Of a stretch of DNA of 64,000 nt, positions 12,801 to 26,376 are shown piece by piece. Both the position numbers and the translations under genes were made by a program. Numbering within the stretch: the stretch's first letter is position 1; every line of letters starts with the position of its first letter. The notes below the pieces were generated by a model, which saw only the letters and a program-made list of their open reading frames with translations, ran no database searches and was not told the DNA's origin. The DNA comes from Mustelus asterias (taxonomy: Eukaryota): the NCBI RefSeq assembly GCF_964213995.1, contig NC_135804.1:44206001-44270000 (forward strand). Reading direction: 5' to 3'.

Positions 12801-15186
12801 AACATGACTTTCAGTATCTGAGTGGCAGTTTGATATTGGATTAATCAGGTATCGACAGAATATATCATAATATATGTTTATATGTCTATATTATGTATAA
12901 TATTGCACACACCAGGTGCCCTTGTGTTTTACGCTTCATTTGTAAATTTTGGATTCTCCATTGATATCCTCATTCACCTCTCCTCATTTTCAGCCTTTCC
13001 AAGCATTTATGCCACCTGCATCCATTCTTGGCTCCACAGCCAAACTTCACAACGGCTTCTACTCCTGAATTCATTGTCCACTTCCTTGCTGCTCACTGAT
13101 TTTCTTTTCAGCACTTTTGTCCTTGCTCTGGCATTTCAAGTCCTTTCCAGCCTGTGTCATAACCCCTTCCCCCATTGATTGAAGATGTTTGTGGCCTGTC
13201 TGAACCTTCTCTGTTCAAATCCACTTATCTTAGACCCCTCTCTCTTTAAGTCACTTTAAAGTCTCCTTTTAAATCTCTCCATTCATTTTGCTGGTTGGGT
13301 GAGATTAGGACCCAGCAAAAGCCAAAAGAAAAACACAAGATGTTGCAGCATCCCCTGGGCATGGGCAATAACTGCAATGAGACTCCTGCTAAAGTATAGC
13401 AAGGGAATGATTTAAAACAGAAGCAAGGACAATGCCTAATAGAAAGAAAGATAATGAAAATAGACAAAATCTGGAAAAGTTTTAAATAAAGATTTTTGAG
13501 AAGACACTAACTGAAGGAGAATAAATAAAAGTAAAAATGTAGGATTGAGAGAAAAAAATGAAAATTTTTAAATAGAAGTAGAATAAAGAAAGTGCCTGGA
13601 AAATAAAGTCCGAGAAACAAATATATTTTTAAAATGGAAGCTTGTCTGCTATCATTGGCCTGAGTAGTAAATGTGATATCTGAGCTAATGGCAAATGATG
13701 GCATTGGTCTATTCATACAGGTTAAAAACTCAGTTCAACGGTTCTAATATGATCTCTTTCTAATTCTTTCTGACCCATGTGACCTGTTAAATTTTTAGAT
13801 GTAACAGAGGCAACATTAGGGGGCTGGTGAGACAAAGGATGATTTGATAGGAGGTTAAATGAGAAATGTGAGGAAAGGTGCTGCAGGGAGATATCTGCTC
13901 AGTTTTCGGCCCCCAGCCACTTTGACTATTGAAGTGGTTAAATGAAGTAATAGGATAAGGTGCAAGACAAACTGACACAAAAGTCTTTAGGTTTAAAATA
14001 GAAAAGGCACAACTAAGCGATAAATTAAATATTGACTAAAGTGACAACGGATGACATGTCAGATGCATCAAGATGAAGAAATTCTGATTATTTTTGCAAG
14101 CACTGCTGTTTACTTGCAATAGGCAAAATGAACTTAAATAAGTATGTTTCAATTTCATAGCATTTAGAACTTAGTGTGATAAGCACTGTCCAGTATCTTG
14201 ATATAATGATATAACAAATGTGCTATGATGTGGAGTCATATTTGTTTCAGACAATAAACTAAATACCAATTTCACTTCTTATCCATTATGATATAATGTT
14301 ATTTCTAGTCCAATCATGTAATTTATTCACAGCAGCCTGGCATTCATTAAGTCTGCCATGATACCCTTCCCAGCAAAACATGGAAAAATAATACATGGTC
14401 AGAAATAACTCCCTCATTGTAATACAGAAAATAACATATACTGTAATGTGTTCCAGTATTTCTGATGAAGTAACAAACTGCTCAAACTCTGCTCTTACTG
14501 TTCAAGTCATTATGATAACTTTTTAGTTTGGGTGTGACCTTCAACACACTAAGGGTACATTTATATTCCATCTGTAGAACTCAGATCCATTCACCCCTAA
14601 GTACTCTTCAATCACATCAGCTCCGCCAGAATGTGATCTCTGCTTGTGGGGATTCCTTTGATAGTGATGCCATCATGTCACAATGTTCATGGTGCAAACA
14701 TCTCAGTTAAGTTTAAAAAAATAAAGTTATTTGGTGATTAATCCTCAGGAGGGATGGACTATTTGGAATTCTTTCTAATTTAATTCTTCCCTCCTCCCAC
14801 CCCATAGTTCTGCTAAACTCAAATGCTGTAACCTCAATCACAGTGGAGTCTGGGAACTGCAGTTCAGGTTTGAAACAGTCATGTATTGGGAATTGAGAGG
14901 CAGATTTGGAGATCAAGTCAATTTGCCAGAAACTCTGTTTATACGCATTCTTGAGTGTCTCTGCGAAGCACTTCAAAGCAACACTAAGGATATTGTGTAA
15001 ATATGCACTTCTGCTGCACTTCTACTGTAACAGTTACAAAGTTATTGCTTGAATAAAGTGAGAAACAACAGTTTTTTCTAGCATGAAGGATTTGTACATA
15101 CTATTTTTTGACATCTTATGTCATTTGTCAAAAGGGATACTGTTCCTTCAGTTTTCAGAAATTACAAATGTTTCTCTGACTTATAA

Positions 15187-15510
15187 CAGAATCAGAAAAT
15201 TCCTACAGTGCTGAAGGAGGCCATTTGGCCCATTGAGCCTGCATCGACAACAATTCCACCCAGGTCCTATCCCTGTAACCCCACGTATTTATCGTGCTAA
15301 TTTCCCTGACACTTAGGCTCAATTTAGCATGACCAATCAACCTAATTTGCACGTCTTTGGAGTGTGGGAGGAAACCGGAGCACCCTGAGGAAGCCCACGT
15401 AGACACAGGGAGAATGTGCAAATTCCACACAGATAGTCACCTGAGGCCGGAATTGAACCCAGATACCTCGTGCTGTGAGGCAGCAGTGCTAACCACTGTG
15501 CCACGCTGCC
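15187..15510 (-). mobile_element. HE1 SINE
   Basis: Full head, V-domain and tail, homologous to the other copies. Confidence 0.9.
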
Positions 15511-17359
15511 AGCTTAGCATAAATAGCATTATTTTAAAGTTTTAAAAAGTGCTTTTTTTGTGATGCAAAAATGTATCAGTTGTATGGCATGAAAGATTTG
15601 AGTGGCATGCATTAGTGCAGCCTACCTGACCAGTGTTACTGTGGCCACTTGCAGTGTTTGTGCTCCTCATCTGGCCTTCAAAGCCCAGGAAACGCCATTC
15701 TATTTGTACTTAATTTTTAATTTTTGGGTTTGTCCTGTTTGAATCTTATGGACAAGGAAATTTGGTAAGAATATTTTTTAGTAATTTCACCCACTGCTAA
15801 ATTTGAAATTTGAACATCCAGTGCTGTTGGTGTCAGCAGCTTGGAGATACGCAAAATAATAGTAACATTAGTGTTTATATATGGCCCCCGAGTGCTATGG
15901 CATGGACCAATGCTGCTAGCTGCATGGACCATATATATGTTTTTAATTTGGCCACCCATGGAACTGCCAAGGATAAGAATCTATTGAGATTGGTCCCTAG
16001 TTCTTCCACAAGAGCAATGCTCCACTTATCTTATGACACCACTGTGTAGGTTGGGCTACTGTCATTGGCAGCGTAATAATGTAAAGGAGCCACTTAACAG
16101 CTCACAATGGTGACAACTGTGAGAAGTGCATTAGGACGGTGCTCCTCTGATATTGGGATTAAGGGCCATTTTATTATAGAATATAGAGCGCCATGCTTTA
16201 CTAGATTAGGGAGTGGCAGATACTGGTTATAAATGCAAAACATTTTTTAAAATGGCATTATTGACATCTTTCATCTAATTAAGACAAATCTACCCCCATA
16301 TATACACACACACAAAACAGAAGCACCTATTACATTTAGGATAATTCTTTTCGGAAGCAATACAGACAAGTTCATTTACTAAATGATTCTGTAAATTTTA
16401 AATGATTTTACAGTCTGTTCATTAAAAGGTCATATGTTTCTGGTAGTGCTATTATCACAGAAAGCAAGAGTTATAGGAGAAGCTCATAAAAATGCTTGTG
16501 CATTATCAGTTAACAGAGCTATCACTGCAACTGCCAGAAATGTTTTGACATTCAGAAGAAGAAGACATTTTTGCTATTACTGTGGTAATATTTCAGAACA
16601 TCAGCAGCTTCAGTGTGTGGCAGGGAGCAGGGTTTGATTGATTTCCAGTAAATACAGTTTATGTCAATATAAGTAAAGAGATGGTATTAATAATAAGCAT
16701 AATGTTAGACAGCAATAGTTTGCAGACATAATTGCTTTAATGTGGGCAATTAAGACTAAGTGCATGTGGTTTTAGTGACTGCCCTACATTCCTTTGGATG
16801 ATTACAGTGATCAATGCATTTGATTTGTAAGTAGCTTCATATTGATCAAACAGTAGAACATTCAACCTTGAAGAAGTCATTTGCTATGACACGAAATGCA
16901 GTATCCTTTTATGCTATCAGGTTATGTTTATTTTTATGCTGATTAGCTCTTTATTGATAGCGGCAAAATTTTCTTCCCAGAATGCATTGCATATGGATAT
17001 TATTTTATAATGTTATCTATTAAAGTTCACATAAATGAATTGCTTTTATATTTTAATGTAAGCAGAAAATAGGTTAAAAGGTAAGATGGCAGAGAAGCAG
17101 TGGCAGACATTTAAGAAGATATTTCATAACTCTCAACAACGATCTATTCTACTGAGGAAGAATGCTGACAAAAAAGATGAACCAATCCTGGCTAATGAAG
17201 GAAGTTAAGGATGGTATCAAATTAAAAGGAAAGGTATATGATGTTGCAAAGATTAAAGGTAGGAGAAGGTTAGGAAAAAAGTTAGAAATTAGAAACGGAT
17301 GTCTAAAAACAAAAAGAGGAGAAATGATAATATGAGAGTAAACTGGCAAGGGATTTTTA

Positions 17360-17622
17360 CAGTAAGAAGTTTAACAACACCAGGTTAAAGTCCAACAGGT
17401 TTATTTGGAATGCGTTCCATTCCAACCATTATTCATGTAAATTGAGTCTGTGTCTTTATATGCCCTGTTTGTGAACAGAATTCCCACTCACCTGAAGAAG
17501 GGGCTTGGAGCTCCGAAAGCTTGCGTGGCTTTTGCTACCAAATAAACCTGTTGGACTTTAACCTGGTGTTGTTAAACTTCTTACTGTGTTTACCCCAGTC
17601 CAGCGCTGGCATCTCCACATCA
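17360..17622 (+). mobile_element. Non-autonomous Penelope-like (pLTR-derived) insertion A: partial inverted arm plus tail
   Basis: ~50-bp inverted arms (17359-17408 vs 17538-17587), 35-nt tail ending atctccacatca, direct repeat caagggattttta at 17347-17359 and 17621-17633. Confidence 0.8.
17489..17525 (+). ncRNA. Minimal type-I hammerhead ribozyme motif
   Basis: cac-CTGAAGA-a-GGGGC-ttgga-GCTCC-GAAA-gc-TT-gcg. Core CUGANGA/GAAA/UH is present and stem I has one mismatch. Confidence 0.65.
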
Positions 17623-17639
17623 AGGGATTTTTAAACAGA

Positions 17640-19071
17640 GGCCTAGAATTTCGCTCCACAAACTCAGTCCAGGAGAAAGTATCCTGGATGTTCCCAAAGT
17701 CCAGATATGTGCAGGTTAGGTGGATTGACCTTGCTAAATTGTCCCTTAGTGTCTCAAGTTGTGTAGGTTAGGAGGATTAGCAGGGTAAATACATGGGTTA
17801 CAGGGATAGGCCCGTAGGTGTGGAGGTGGGGGAATCTGTTGATAGAAATTAGGCCCGCTACCTTTGGAAATAGTGCGGAGTTAGCCACAGGTTCTGCTGG
17901 GTGCTGAGGTGGGCTGTGCAAAATGCTGGCTTTGGTGCTCCAAGACTTGTAAGAAAAAGAATAAAACAAAAACAGCCCTCATCCCTCACACTGCCTTAAC
18001 CCCCAAACTCTCCCCATGCTAGCTAATGCCACCCTATGCCCTTCAACACCCCCCAAGGCCCCCATACACACTATGCCAACTTATGCCCCTCTACCACCAA
18101 CCAGGGCCTCACATACCCTTCATCCTAACCTACACCCACACCCACCCTTTGCCCACACACTGTCTATGCAAACTCACCCAGTATCCACCTGAGGCCAACC
18201 TCAGGATCTAATCTGAGATGAAATAAAATAAAGTTATAATTATCAATTGATGACTTTACTATTGTAAAAAATGATAAAAACTCAGTTCCTTACATTTGAA
18301 TTTCTTCATCTAATTAATAATTTTAAAAAACAAACATTTCCTTCAAGTACTTAATCCCTTATAAAAACAAGCATTTGTATTCACATTCCCATATCAAAGA
18401 ATTTATAAGCATTTGGATTTGTCAATCAAACCGTGAACTGACAGGGACCCCAGTATGATAATGATAGGTTGTGAAATCATTCATACATCATAAATCCTAT
18501 AATAATAACACATAGGCTTTTGTCAACAGAGTGAAATAGCAAACAATGTTTTTTTTAAAACTATAGACTTGAAAAAATATTAAAGGTCTGATTTAAATGC
18601 CTTGACAGTTTGACAGTTCCAATAGGCTTTAAATATCTCAAAAGTTCAATGGGTTAATCCACTTTTTATGCGTATTCATGTCTACCTTTAACAATCTCAA
18701 AGGGCACTTGACCTCTCCCAAAGAGCACTTACCCCTTCCAAAATGTGTCCCTGGAAGGGTTCCTTGCTTCTGCAAAATTCTATGCTATCTCTCTGAAGAA
18801 CTTTGGTAAGTTTTTCCTGAAAAGTGTAGAACCCACAAGTCATGTATTAGACATCCCACTTGTAAAAATTGGATCGGTTTGAAGGCAGATTCATATTTAC
18901 ATATGCAGCTGCCTCCATAACACATAGATACTCAAATTACAACCCGCCTTCATTTTCACCTCAGTGAAAATGGTGGATGTCGGATTTCGGGTTCGGGATT
19001 TCCAGAATCTGAGTTTCAGTGCCATTTTGGCTCAGCTTGAGACCCTTTCTGTCCCTGTGGAAATTCAGGCC
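17640..19071. mobile_element. ~1.4-kb non-autonomous PIF/Harbinger-like element (contains an HE1 fragment at ~17695-17825)
   Basis: TIRs ggcctagaatttc / gaaattcaggcc and 3-bp TSD aga/aga. Internal homology to 25630-26290 and 28200-28546. Confidence 0.65.
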
Positions 19072-19681
19072 AGACTTGAAACATAAAAAAAGCAAGAGAG
19101 TAGCTAATGGTACGGTTGATCCTTTAGAGGATGAGACTGGGGAATTAATAATGCAAAACGAGAAAATGGTAGAGATTTTGAACAAATATATTTATTAGCA
19201 TTTATCCCAGAAAACAAGAAATACATCCTCAAAATAATAGAAAATCAAGGGGCAAAAGAGTGGGAGGAACTTCAAACAATTATTTCTATCAGAGGAAAAG
19301 TACTATGAAAACTAATGGGACTAAAGGCTGATAAGTTCCCTGGGCATGAAGGCCTGTGTCCAAAAGTGGCTGCAGAGATAGCGGATGAATTGGTTGTAAA
19401 GTTTCAAAATTCCCTAGGTTCTAGAAAGGTCTCAGTGGATTGGAAACTGCAAATGTACTGTGTCTATTCAAGAAAGGAAAGAGACAGAAAGCAGGAAACT
19501 ATAGCCCAGTTTCCATCATTGGGAAAATACTGGAAACCATTGCTAAGGAAGCAGTAGCAGGACATACAGAAAATCATAATACAATCAAGCAGAGTCAACA
19601 TATGTGAAATCATGTTTGGCAAATTTATGAGAGCCTTTGAGGGTTTAGCAAGCAGGGTGGAGAGAGGAACTGGTATACATA

Positions 19682-19813
19682 GGTCGGAATTCTCTGATGT
19701 TGTGTGTCGCACCATCGCTGCCAGCGAGAACAGAGAATTTGGCACTCAGCCAAATCTCAATTCACAGCAGTGGGACTGGAGAATCCCATGGACAAGGTCA
19801 GAGAATTCTGGCC
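19682..19813. mobile_element. MITE family M1, inserted in the CR1 RT region
   Basis: TIRs ggtcggaattctct / agagaattctggcc. Interrupts the DVVYLDFQKAF-type motif. Confidence 0.75.
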
Positions 19814-21506
19814 AAAGTGTATTTGAATTTCCAAAAGGCATTCAATAATGTGCACATAAATGATTTCTATACAAGATAAGAACTCATGATATATTAGCAT
19901 GTCTAGAGGACTGGCTGACTAACAGACAGAGAGTTGGGATAAATGGGTCATTTTTGTGTTGCCAAACTAACCAGCGGGGTGCCACATGAATCAGTGCTGG
20001 AGCCTCAACTATTCATAATGTATGGGCTTGGATGAAGGAGCAGAGTGTACTTTAGGCAGATTTGCTGATTATTCAAAAATAAAGTGCAGAAACAAGTTGT
20101 GAAGTGGACATAAAGAGATAGAGATGGATTAAGTGAGTCAGGAAAAAATTGGCAGATGGAATATAATGTGGGAAAACGTGAGGTTGTCCACTTGGTAGGA
20201 AGAATAGAAGAACAAAATATTATTTAAATGAAAGACTGCAGAATTCAATGGAGGGCTCTGGATATCCTTTAACTGTATATGAATCACAAGAAGTTATTAC
20301 ACAGGTACAGCAAATAATTCAGAAGGCATATGGAATGTTTGCCTTTACTGCAATAGGGATGGTGAATAAAAGTAAGGAACCCTTGTTACAACTGTACAGG
20401 GCACTTCTGAGACTACACCTGGAGTGCTGCATACAGTTGTGGTCTTGTTACTTAAGGAAAGATATACTTGCATTGGAGACAATTCAGATAAGATTCACTA
20501 TGCTGATCCCTATGATGAAGGGTTATCTAATGAGGAAATGTTGAGCAGGTTGGGCCTATACTCATTGGATTTCAGAAGAATGAGAGGTGATCTTATTGAA
20601 ACAAAGAAGATTATGAGGGAGTTGGGGATGCTGAGAGGACATCTCCCCTCAGGTAACCTGGAACTAGTGGGCACAGTTTCAAAATAAGGTGTCTATCAAT
20701 TATGATGGCGATGACAAGGAATTTCTTTCTCAGAGGGTGGTCAATCTTTGGAACTTGCTTTTGGAGAGAGCAGTGGAGGCTGGGCTATTGAATATATTAA
20801 TTGTCAAGTTAGACTGATTTTTGATTTACATTGCAGTTAAGGGTTATGGGGGGCAGGCAGGAAAATTAATTTGATACCTCAATCAGATTGGCCATGATCT
20901 TAGGTAATGTCAGAGCAGGTTTGAGGGGCCGAATGGTCTATTCCTGCCTCTGTCCCAATTTGTTTATATTCTTGTGTCAGATAATGTAGTCTTTCTTTTT
21001 GTAACACATACAATTGATGTAAACATTCAAGATATATATTGAATTTTCCTAAACTTTCCTTGTTTTATATTTCAATGGAAAAATAGTTCATCAACTTAAG
21101 GTTATTGTTAAGTATTCTGGAAACTTACTTTCTGAATATTTATTTCTGGTCTGTTTCTTTTCTAAATTCAATTTTATTTATTACTGTTACTTATCTTGAT
21201 CTCCCTTTTGTCCTTTTAACAGCTTATCTGACCTTTTTCTTCATCTCTTCATCTTTTTTCATGTTCTTGTCCAACCTTTCTTTATTGCTCAATTATCACT
21301 GTTTCTCCATTTCTCTTTCCTCCTGGTTTCATATCTCCTCAAACTCCTGGTGCATTATTTCATCCGTCTCCATCTCTGCTGTTCCTTACCTATGACCCTC
21401 ATCATTTCCTGTGGCTACACTCACAATCTTTTGATTATCATTTTGCTCTTCCAAAGCTCTAACCCTGAAACCTACTCTCTGTTTTATTCTCCACCTTTGT
21501 TTAAGG

Positions 21507-21709
21507 GTTTAAAGTTTATATATTAATGTCACAAGTAGGCTTATATTCACACTGCATTGAAGTGACTGTGTAAATTCCCTAGTTGCCACACTCTAGCACC
21601 TGTTCAGGTGCACTGAGGGAGAATTTAGCATGACTAATGCACCTAACCAGCATGTCTTTCGGACTGTGGGAGGAAACCGAAGCACCCAGAGTAAACCCAC
21701 ACAGACACG
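21507..21709 (-). mobile_element. 5'-truncated HE1-related SINE with an alternative (Rex1-like) tail
   Basis: V-domain followed by the same non-CR1 tail as 60335-60646. Confidence 0.75.
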
Positions 21710-22874
21710 ATGATGTTGATAATGACAAAGACACTTTGACTCGATCTGCACAATATTCTAATTCTGTCCCGTTATATTTTCTCATGCTATCCCTTTGATT
21801 TGGAACCCTTAGGCAAGGCAGCTCACCAACTCAGATGCCAACACTCAGGTTTGTCAGTAAGTTTAAAAATAGGGAGTCATTAAAGCAGGAAAAGACTGTC
21901 TTGCAAAGCAGGCAACTGATCTGTGTGGTGTTAATTGTCACAGTAAAGAAATCAGAGTCCTGGCAGAGTGTCAAGACTCTCTGAAACTAGATGATTCTGT
22001 CTAACGTATTTTGCATTAACATTGAAAGAGTTTCAGCTGGTTCCACCAATATAGCTTCCATTAGCTTTTTTTTAAAGCACTACATCTCAAAATAACTGTA
22101 AAAGCTACTTGAAAACCAAGATATCAAACAGCGAAATTGATTTACCTTGTAGTTCATTATTGTCTTGCTAACTTAAATGAATGCTGGATATAAAATACAG
22201 CATTTGAATGATTAGCAGACAATCAAACTGCATGAAGAAAATGTGTATTAGCTTCTGGTTCTGAAGATTCTAAAAGGGAATTAGAATTATTCTGCATTTT
22301 TTTGAAATGCCACTTCAGTTAATAACTAGAACACAAGTAATTGATTAATTAATGCGTGAGCATATAACTTGAAGCCAGGGAAAGACTTGAAAGAAAATGT
22401 AATTCAAGTACTGTTGTATTTAAACTGATCTCTCACCTGTGACTTGAACAGATATCTGGCTAAGCGATGAACTGAGTGACGAACTTTCGGTATTCCTTCT
22501 GCCAGTGTGTTACTGTTCCAATGAAGAAAGCTCTACATTAAAAAAAAAATTAAAATTTACCAGTCACAACCCAATCCCAATTGGGTTTGAGTAAGAATAG
22601 TGGTTTGACATCCAATAAGAAATGCTGCAAATTCCTACATTTAATGCATGACTTGTGATGCACTCTGAGTACAATAATTTGTCCGAAAACATTAAAAATA
22701 TTAACATCTGATTGATAACCAATCATTAGCCTAAGGCATGAGTCCATATTTTGGGACTACGCATAATTCGCAACCAAATGATAACATAGGAATTGGAAAA
22801 TGTAACAAGTGTTACAACCAGAGGAGTACAAAGGGGAAAACACATTATAGGGGTCAAGTAGATATAGCATAAGT

Positions 22875-23398
22875 GGGCTGTTTCCGGGAACGCACACCGA
22901 GACAAATATCAACTGCTGCTGGAGGGTCATCAACTCGGTGAAGGACGCGCTTTGGTCCGTCCGAAACTTGCTGATCTTCCAGCTGAAAGAATTGTCCTCG
23001 ACCGAGTGTTGCAGACTGGCACATTCCAAGGTCCAGGACTACGTGCTCAGGGACGCGCTCAAGCTTGGGGCAGCCGCCGCCAAGGCACAATGGGGAAAGA
23101 CCACCGTGTAAAGCGTCTCAACCGAGGCAGACCGAGGGCCGGGTAACTGCAGAATACCCTCGGCCTGCGTAACTGTGTGCCAACCTGAAAAATAACGGCA
23201 CACAGTAAACTCTGACGTATGTATATAGTTTTAAGAAGTGAAATGTAACGAAATGTAATGTTTTGTAAATAAGCACTGTGTTGTACTGTAAAAATGATTC
23301 TTTTTTGCACTGTTCATGACTTTTGGATCTGTCATTTTGCTATGTTTTATTGGAGAGTTTTGTTTTGTGAATAAAGTATATTTTTGAAATAAAAAAAA
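22875..23398 (+). mobile_element. Young 5'-truncated Tx1 (L1-group) LINE
   Basis: Open frame 22875-23111 (GLFPGTHTETNINCCWRVINSVKDALWSVRNLLIFQ...AKAQWGKTTV*), 3' UTR, AATAAA at 23370, A-tail, TSD ataagt (22869-22874 / 23399-23404). CpGs intact. Confidence 0.8.
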
Positions 23399-23587
23399 AT
23401 AAGTACAACCCCAAAAGTGAACAGAAACAGCTTAGAAAATGTTCACAAATATCCTCGCTACAGACCTTCAATACATTTAGTAATTTTGTCCTGATTGTTA
23501 TGGGTAATTAATACCAGCCCAGCATTGGCAGTGCAGAGCTATGTTAATAAAATGGCACATGATTCAATAGTAGCATGATTCAAAATT

Positions 23588-23897
23588 GCTGCTTCACAGC
23601 TCCAGAGACCTGGGTTCGATTCCCGGCTTGGGTCACTGTATGGAGTTTGCACATTCTCCTCGTGTCTGCGTGGGTTTCCTCCGGGTGCTCCGGTTTCCTC
23701 CCACAGTCCAAAGATGTGCGGGTTAGGTTGATTGGCCATGCTAAAATTGCCCTTGGTGTCCTGGGATGCGTAGGTTAGAGGGATTAGTGGGTAAATATAT
23801 GGGGGTAGGGCCTGGGAGGGATTGTGGTCGGTGCAGACTCGATGGGCCGAATGGCCTCTTTCTGTGCTGTAGGGATTCTAAGAATTCTAAGATTCTA
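23588..23897 (+). mobile_element. HE1 SINE (box A region lost)
   Basis: Box B GGTTCGATTCC, V-domain, tail (gattctaa)n. Confidence 0.9.
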
Positions 23898-24080
23898 GCT
23901 ATACAGAGCTGTGTCAAGACAGTACAGCTACTGCAGAGATGTTTTAAACCAACCTGAAGCTGATACCAAAGACCAAAGTGGCGAAGATAAAAGTAATGAT
24001 GTTTCTGTCTGTCATAATTTTGATTTTAGAACAGTCGTATTTTTACCCCACAACACAAGTACCATTTCACAAACAACTTA

Positions 24081-24362
24081 GCCCTGGAATTTCAGTCTCA
24101 GGTCGGGAGCTCAGAGTCGGGACATTTTGCTTTGCAAACCTGATCTGGGAGAAAATGGTGTGGAAGCTGGGAATTATGTTTTTTTCTGGGGTGGCGGGAT
24201 TCCCTGGGAGTCAGGCTGGGTGGCCCTGGAATGAGTGTGCCAGGTGTGGAGACGGGTACAGTGGGAGGCTGAGTGGGAGGCCTGTCTCTAAGAACCAGCA
24301 CTGTATCGAAGTTTTACAAAAATACAGAAAAACATAAAACAGCACTCCAGGACACCCCCACA
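24081..24362. mobile_element. Left-end fragment of a Harbinger-like element
   Basis: tta|gccctggaatttc terminus. 24301-24360 matches 25650-25710 and ~17940-17990. Confidence 0.45.
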
Positions 24363-25379
24363 CACAGGTTGGATTTGGATTCTTCACTAAACCATAAAAT
24401 AAGAAAATTCTTTCTGAGGGATATATTGTCAAAAAGGACATCACTAATTTAGAATATAAATGAACAAGGGTTATTGGGCAATAATGATTGACGCTTAACA
24501 TTTCACTCATCGAGGCATGGCACGAGGCAAAGTTCAATGTATGTCCGTCTGCCTTTCCGTTGGATCTCGGGACTTCTGTTGGATCCTCAAACTTGGTCTC
24601 TCGACTCATGGCATTCTGTGAGATTTTAGCTTATTGAACTTAATTCTAATATGTATATAAACCCCTTTGCAGCTTTAAGACTAGTGGATGCATTTTCAAC
24701 CCACAATCCCACAGTCCACTTTAACTGCTAAAGCTTCCAGTCCAACTGCTGAAGCTGCACACTTCACAGCTGCCTGCTGAGTGTTCTCTCTCTGGTGGAG
24801 ACAATTTTCTAACAATGACTATTGATTCTCTCTTAAAGCAATTACTTCAGGCCATATACTGGATCCTAATGCTGATCTCAACCTGTGACAATTACTTTAG
24901 TCACTTCTGGGTCCTTATTGAAACCCCTCAATCAGCAACAAATGCCCATCAACTGGTAATGTCCTTTGCAGATGCTAATCTCTGAAGCAAGTGCCCAGTC
25001 CTAATTCTCTTTGCTGACAAATGCCCCCAGCAAGTGTTCTGTGATAAATGCTATCCATTGGCAAGTGCAGGTAAATTTACAACATTTTGCCCTAGTATGC
25101 GCACCTGAATCAACACAACTAATAACTTCCAACCAAATACTTGTGACACTTGAACAATGGAAGAGCACTTTTAGTTTCCCCACAACAGCCAAGCCAACTT
25201 TTCAGTCTTGTATTCCTCCTAACGACTAAACAGGAGGCCCTGGAACACACGGTGCTCAGACCACCTTCCTGACCATAACTTCAGCTTTTTCTTAACGCTA
25301 TATCACTAACTCTAACCAACTTTAAGACTTCTTTGAAACATATCCAAACATACATGAATGATCCCAATAATACATACAC

Positions 25380-25532
25380 AGAAACATAGAAATTAGAAGC
25401 AGGAATAGGCCATTCAGCCCTATGAACCAGCTCCGCCATTCATTTTGATCATGGATGATCATTGAATTCAATATCCTGATCCCCCTTCCTCCATATCCCT
25501 TGAACCTTTTAGCCCCAAGAGCTATGTCTAAT
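25380..25532 (-). mobile_element. CR1 3'-end fragment
   Basis: agaaacatagaaattagaagcaggaataggccattcagccc... is the reverse complement of a CR1 3' UTR. Confidence 0.7.
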
Positions 25533-26376
25533 TAAGATTTTTATTCACTAAGGCTATGTATAATACAATTTGATAATTTAAGCCTTGTTACTTACACGAA
25601 TGTGTGAATGAGGTGAAGTCTAACATAGCAGTCCCTCGATGCACTGGAACTGTATCAAAGTTTAGAAAAAAGACTGAAAAACATAAGACAGCCCTCCAGC
25701 CCTCAACTCCATACAATCGTCATGCCCTATCTCTACTAACCCACGTCACCACATGCCCGACCCCATAGCACATCATACCATCCATGCCAACCTATGCCCC
25801 CCCACCCTCATGGGTCTTTATAGCACAATGCCATCTTAATGTCAACTTATTTCAACCCATGCTCTTCCACACACCATCATTTGCCTTCACACCTACCATG
25901 CCAACTCATTCAGCCTAGATCATGGGCTGACCTTAGGAGCCATGCTGAGATTAAATGAAATAAAGTTCTAAGTGTCTATTGCAGACTTTATTTTAACAAA
26001 ATTTCATGGATAAAAACCCTTTGACTACACTTCCTTCTTTCAACTTGTTATCTCTTAAAACAACAAACATTTTATTCAATTGCATAATTACTTATAGAAA
26101 CAAATATTGAAATTCATAGTCCCACTTCAAAAAATCCATAACCACTTGATGCTGTCAGCCGAATTGAAATGGTAGGCATCCTTTTGTGATAATGGATAGT
26201 TGTGAAATCAGTCATGCAGCACTAATCCAGTAACATAAACCAAAGACTTATGTCAACAGTGTGAAATAGCAAGCAACCACTCTTTTTAAAGAGAGACAGA
26301 AAGTAGAAAACAATAGGCCAGTTAGCTTATCATCTATAGTAAAATGTTAGAATCTGTTATTAAAGATATTATAACA

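Larger units (their letters stand above)
17065..20970 (+). mobile_element. Old CR1/HER1-like LINE, split by a Penelope-like insertion, a 1.4-kb DNA element and a MITE
   Basis: Degenerate ORF2 pieces (GLKADKFPGHEGL, VYLNFQKAF, LYRALLRLHLECCIQLW, RRMRGDLIET) and a CR1 3' UTR (gggccgaatggtctattcctgc). LINE sequence resumes after each insertion. Confidence 0.85.

Noticed and set aside
17360-17587. Reading the foldback elements as TIR DNA transposons (MITEs)
   Set aside because: Arm lengths vary from 0 to ~156 bp, TSD length varies (12-19 bp), and there is a one-sided tail and a hammerhead. All of this fits Penelope-like retroelements better.
10131-21395. Hydrophobic ORFs (10131-10400, 12882-13178, 13507-13716, 21105-21395)
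   Set aside because: They arise from purine/pyrimidine-skewed low-complexity sequence, with no splice or homology support
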